DNA from: Heptranchias perlo
Lineage: Eukaryota
Direction: 5' to 3'
Assembly: GCF_035084215.1 (NCBI RefSeq)
Contig: NC_090332.1
Span: forward strand, 77,500,001-77,564,000
Length of the DNA stretch: 64,000 bases
Shown: positions 60,175 to 64,000 of the stretch, one piece after another
Layout: every line of letters starts with the position of its first letter
How positions within the stretch are numbered: the stretch's first letter is position 1
Position numbers and translations under genes: made by a program
Notes under the pieces: generated by a model
What the model was told of the DNA's origin: nothing
The model's input: the letters and a program-made list of their open reading frames with translations, nothing else
Databases searched by the model: none

Positions 60175-60211
60175 TCACAAGCTTTCGGAGATTACCTCCT
60201 TCGTCAGGTGA
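60175..60211 (-). ncRNA. Minimal hammerhead-like motif (antisense arm)
   Basis: Reverse complement UCAC-CUGACGA-A-GGAG(GUAAU)CUCC-GAAA-GCUU-GUGA. Confidence 0.6.
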
Positions 60212-60245
60212 GTGAGTGAAGGATTCTAAAATCGCATATGCTCAC

Positions 60246-60282
60246 TCACCTGACGAAGGAGGTAAGCTCCGAAAGCTTGTGA
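60246..60282 (+). ncRNA. Minimal hammerhead-like motif (sense arm)
   Basis: UCAC-CUGACGA-A-GGAG(GUAAG)CUCC-GAAA-GCUU-GUGA. Confidence 0.6.
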
Positions 60283-61149
60283 TTTTCAAATAAAACTGTT
60301 GGACTATAACCTGGTGTTGTAAGATTCCTTACATTTAAGATGAGCAAAAGAGTTGTTAAGGCAGATAGAGAGAAACTATTTCCCCTGTTGGGAGAGTCCA
60401 GAACAAGGGGGCATAACCTTAAAATTGGAGCTAGGCCATTCAGGGGTGATGTTAGAAAGCACTTTTCACACAAAGAGTAGTGGAAATCTGGAGCTCTCTC
60501 CCCCAAAAAACTGTTGAGGCTGGGGGTCAATTGAAAATGTCAAAACTGAGATTGATAGATTTTTGTTAGGCAAGGGTATCAAGGGAAATGGAACCAAGGC
60601 GGGTAAATGGAGTTAAGATACATATGAGCCATGATCTAATTGAATGGTGAAACAGACTCGAGGGGCTGAATGGCCTACTCCTGTTTCTGTGTTCCTATTT
60701 GCGGGGGGCTGTCCCTGAGTATGGGTCGTACCTCTGCTACGAGAGAACTGAAAGTGCTTCCCGGAGTTCAAGTTTTCTCCTGCAGTGTTGACAGCATGTC
60801 CTGCTTTACACTCCCAACACAGCAGCAGAGAAAGCTCACAGAACCGATCACGGGGGGCAGCCTGTGCACAGTGACTCCCTGGTACATGTACTGAAATCAT
60901 GTCAAGTAATGTAAACAGGATAAGATAGTGAGAACATTTCAGAGATGAGTCAGTACCTTTTACAGGAGATTTACAGCTATACTTTTTACAGTAACATTCA
61001 AGGCAGAATTGAACAACTGGAGCCCAAGGCTTTAGGCCCACGCTCTACAGTACTGTGTACTGATAAAGGCTGAGTATGTAGCAGTACTCTACACTGGTTT
61101 AGAGAATGAATAACAATTGTGAGTCAGCAATCAGCAGTGAAAAGATAAT

Positions 61150-61385
61150 GACCCTCACTCTATAGTATGGTGGATTAGTAAATTGCCCTTTCACCTCTGT
61201 AGCCAGAGTTTTGAAAAAGATTCCTGGTCTCAATAGACAGTCCATAAGGAAATGAAAATAGTGGGGGGTTACCCTTCTGAGGTTGGCACTCTGATCGAGC
61301 AGATTAGAGGGAACTTTACTTCACTGCCTTGTAATACATATGATCTGGGAATGCTTGATGCTGACACTGAGTGGGAAATCGGCAG
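61150..61385 (+). mobile_element. Degenerate LF-SINE-like copy
   Basis: GCCCTTTCACCTCTG, CTTCTGAGGTTGG, GAGGGAACTTTACT and CTGGGAATGCTTGATGCTGACACTG segments shared with 17715-17990/19390-19470. Confidence 0.4.
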
Positions 61386-61959
61386 GTAGATGGGATTGAG
61401 AGAATCCAAAAAAGAACGGGCTTATTGGGTTCAATGGTAATTGTGTTCTTAAAAACTCTTCAGTTCTTATTTCCTCCAACATGGAAAGCCCTCTCATTGA
61501 GAACAAAACCTCCCCCTCCTTTAAAAAGTACTTCCTTGTGATTTTAAAAAGGATAATAGACAAAATCAAAGATGGAAGACACTAACATACATGCCAATCA
61601 TCGTTTTTTTTTACAAAGGTGTCAGTGTTTGAGGCTCCTGTCTGGGCTTGTGGCACAAAATCAGTGGATTGCCCATAAGGAAATTAAACTCATCACTTCC
61701 CCCCCAACCCGCGCCCCCCCCTCCCCACACCCCTCGGGTCCTGCTCCTCCCAAGGCTGATAGTTAATGCATCAGACAGGCCCCACTTTTCCTCTTCCTGA
61801 GCTTCCAGTGTTACTAGGCCCCATTGCCACCTCTGTATATTAGAGGCAGGAACATTCATGAGGCTTCGAGTTCCTGCCTTCAATATTCAGAGTTGGGCCT
61901 TTTGCAGTGGAAATGCATGAAGAGGAAGGTGTGTCTGGTGCGCTAGTCATAAGCCTTGG

Positions 61960-62400
61960 GTAGGAGAGGGCGGGATGCCAAAGGGAGGGAGGAGATTATA
62001 TGGCATGTGGGAGGGAGGCAGAATACAGGGCAGGAGAGGGGCCAAAATGCATGGAAATGTAGGGGAGGTGGGCGTAATAGCAGTGAAGGCAAGTGAGATA
62101 GGGGGAAATGAAGAAGAGGAAGGAGGAAATTGATGGCAATGAAGGGGGAAGTAAATGAATAGCGACAGAGGGTTGGAGGGTGAGAAATGGACGGTAATGA
62201 AGAGGAGAGGGAAAGAGGCAGAAGCCAGAAGTGGTGCTTTTAGGGAGGAAGAAGGAGCAGTTGGGAGCAGCCCTTTGGGGGTGGAGAGGAAGGAGAGTGA
62301 CGGCATTAACAGAGGGGTAGTGGGGAGGGTGAGTCCCGGCATGAACTGTGGTGGGTGGAGGGGGAGAGCAAAAAAATGGCAGCATGAATTTTGGTGGGGG
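61960..62400. repeat. Purine/G-rich low-complexity tract
   Basis: Strong G/A bias on the + strand; spurious Pro/Ser/Leu ORFs on the - strand. Confidence 0.75.
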
Positions 62401-62419
62401 AAGACCACCAGCACCCACT

Positions 62420-62700
62420 TAGGATATGGGTCGCTGGCAAGGCCGGCATTTATTGACCATCCCTAGTTGCCCTGAGAAGATGGTAATACAACTTGCTAGA
62501 CCACTTCGGAACCAGTTAAGAGTCAACCACACTGGTGTGGCATTGGAATCACATATAGGCCAGACCAGGTAAGGACGGCAGGTTTCCTTCCCTAAAGGAC
62601 GAGTGAACCAGCTGGATTATCACCAAAATCCGACAGTTACGCGGTCACTTTTTACTGATGCCTGCAATTTATTTCCAGATTTTTAAAAAAAACTGAATTC
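62420..62700 (-). mobile_element. SINE-B copy (a further fragment lies at ~50375-50467)
   Basis: GTCGCTGGCAAGGCCGGCATTTATTG..CATCCCTAGTTGCCCTGAGAAG, CAGTTAAGAGTCAACCAC and GGCCAGACCAGGTAAGGACGGCAGG are the reverse complement of 8497-8909. Confidence 0.8.
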
Positions 62701-63749
62701 AAGTGGCAGAAGAGTACCAGTATGAAATAGGAGGGTTGGAGAAGAGAGTGGAAGAGATTTTCGCTTTTCCTGCCTGGGTGTTAAGCGTCCTCTGGTTGGA
62801 GCACTGAATGGAAAATCTGACAGGGATGTTCAACAGAACCTGCCCTACTTTTCTTCCATTCATCTTAACGGAAGGAAAATCCAACAGATTCTATTACCAG
62901 CGTGCAAACCTACCCACCACCTTTTCTGCATTGTACCCAGGTGATGCTTGGTGCCCAGACAGTAAAGACGAGAATCTACCCCAGTGTCTCTGTAAAATGG
63001 TGGGGAGTTAGTTGGATGAGGTGCAGGGTCATTGCGAACTGGGCCTGGAAGGGGTTAGAGTACTTTTGTGAACTGGGGAGTTGGATGTGGGAGAGTGACT
63101 GTTGAGATCATTTACAAGTTTACTTTTGGGCCATAATTTATCGGCTACTTGTTCTATTTTTATTTCTCCTTAATTTAAAGCAAAATACAATGGGGGTAAA
63201 ATTGGACTTGGGTGGGGGCGCAAAATAGGGGGAACTGCTTTTGCCGTCTGTTATACCAATTTTGCCTGTTTTGTTTCCCCATCTATGTCCCATTTCACCA
63301 ATAATGTCTCCCAGGACTTTAGCACCATAGAAATAAAAGTTAGCGGTTCTTTACATCAATGCTGCTTGCATTAAAAATGCTCTATTATTTACTTCTGTTT
63401 CATATTTCAATAATTCTATGACATTTTAAGTAAGCCAACAGACCATTATTATTTATATTACCTCATTCAGCTTTGGCGCGTGCATACATGAAAGCCTGCT
63501 GTGTTATTACCTTCTGTATTACCTCCTGCAAAAATCAAGTCAATTGTGACTTGTAACGAGTGGTTTTATTTTAATATATAACCATTCCAGAATAAGTTAT
63601 TTTTGTCTTCAAACGCAGCATCGCAGTATGCTTCAAAATGCGGGAAATTGTACTCAGTAAAATGTTAAAAATCAAAATTTACTTGGGGGTGAGGGAACGA
63701 CATGTCCCTCGGTGAAATTTGGTCACTTTTGCACCTATCAGGCTTTATT

Positions 63750-64000
63750 TCAAAGAAAGAATGAACTTTCATTTATATAGCACCTTTCTCGACCCCAAAG
63801 CGCTTTACAGCCATTGAAGTACCTTTGACGTGGAGTCACTTTTGTTATGTAGGAAACAGGGCAGCCAATTTGCGCACAGCAAGCTCCCGCAAACAGCAAT
63901 GAGATAAATAACCAGATAATCAGTTTTAGTGACTTCAGTTGAGGGATAAATATTGGCCAGGACACCGGGGAGACTTCCCTGCTCTTCTTTGAAATAGTGC
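63750..64000 (-). mobile_element. Deu-SINE 3' portion (runs off the window)
   Basis: Collinear with 45140-45390. Confidence 0.85.

Larger units (their letters stand above)
60084..60333. mobile_element. Palindromic mini-Penelope insertion with perfect 12-bp TSD
   Basis: TTTAAGATGAGC at 60072-60083 and 60334-60345; inverted arms of about 90 bp around a spacer of about 25 bp. Confidence 0.9.
59900..60695 (+). mobile_element. CR1 3' fragment split by a mini-Penelope
   Basis: VQRRFTRM...LIEVFKM | insertion | ..REKLFPLLGESRTRGHNLKI; GGGCTGAATGGCCTACTCCTGTT tail. Confidence 0.85.

Noticed and set aside
61947-62466. Overlapping ORFs of 100-155 aa
   Set aside because: By-products of a purine-rich low-complexity tract.
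1-64000. CRISPR arrays, operons, retron/DGR-type prokaryotic RT systems
   Set aside because: No regularly spaced repeat-spacer array. All RT motifs belong to eukaryotic CR1, L2 or Penelope elements in an intron-like context.

Overview
This is vertebrate, non-prokaryotic DNA. The repeat families (HER1-like CR1 LINEs with (ATTCTATG)n tails, Deu-domain SINEs, Penelope, Harbinger) point to a cartilaginous fish; this is inferred from repeat content only. I can support just one host coding exon: a 132-nt phase-1/phase-1 exon at 33172-33303 (+) ending ...RRLMQ...KNCTEP, which matches exon 2 of a K+-dependent Na+/Ca2+ exchanger (SLC24A3/NCKX3 most likely, SLC24A4 not excluded). The rest of the window appears to be its two very large flanking introns, and most of the recognisable ORFs in the track are transposon fragments or their antisense shadows. 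The most notable structures are: (i) two tiny palindromic Penelope-derived insertions with 12-13 bp target-site duplications (TSDs) that carry minimal hammerhead-ribozyme motifs, one forming a perfect 83-bp hairpin; (ii) a 4.4-kb PIF/Harbinger transposon with convergent transposase and spliced Myb/SANT genes, where a young CR1 insertion creates an in-frame transposase-RT fusion ORF; (iii) a long CR1 whose 5' junction carries a filler copied from about 400 bp away; (iv) several nested TE stacks and two LINE-SINE tail-sharing pairs; (v) weak candidates for a cassette exon and an antisense spliced transcript. I cannot demonstrate a new biological system from sequence alone. Repeat boundaries and family names were read by eye, without database searches, and are approximate.
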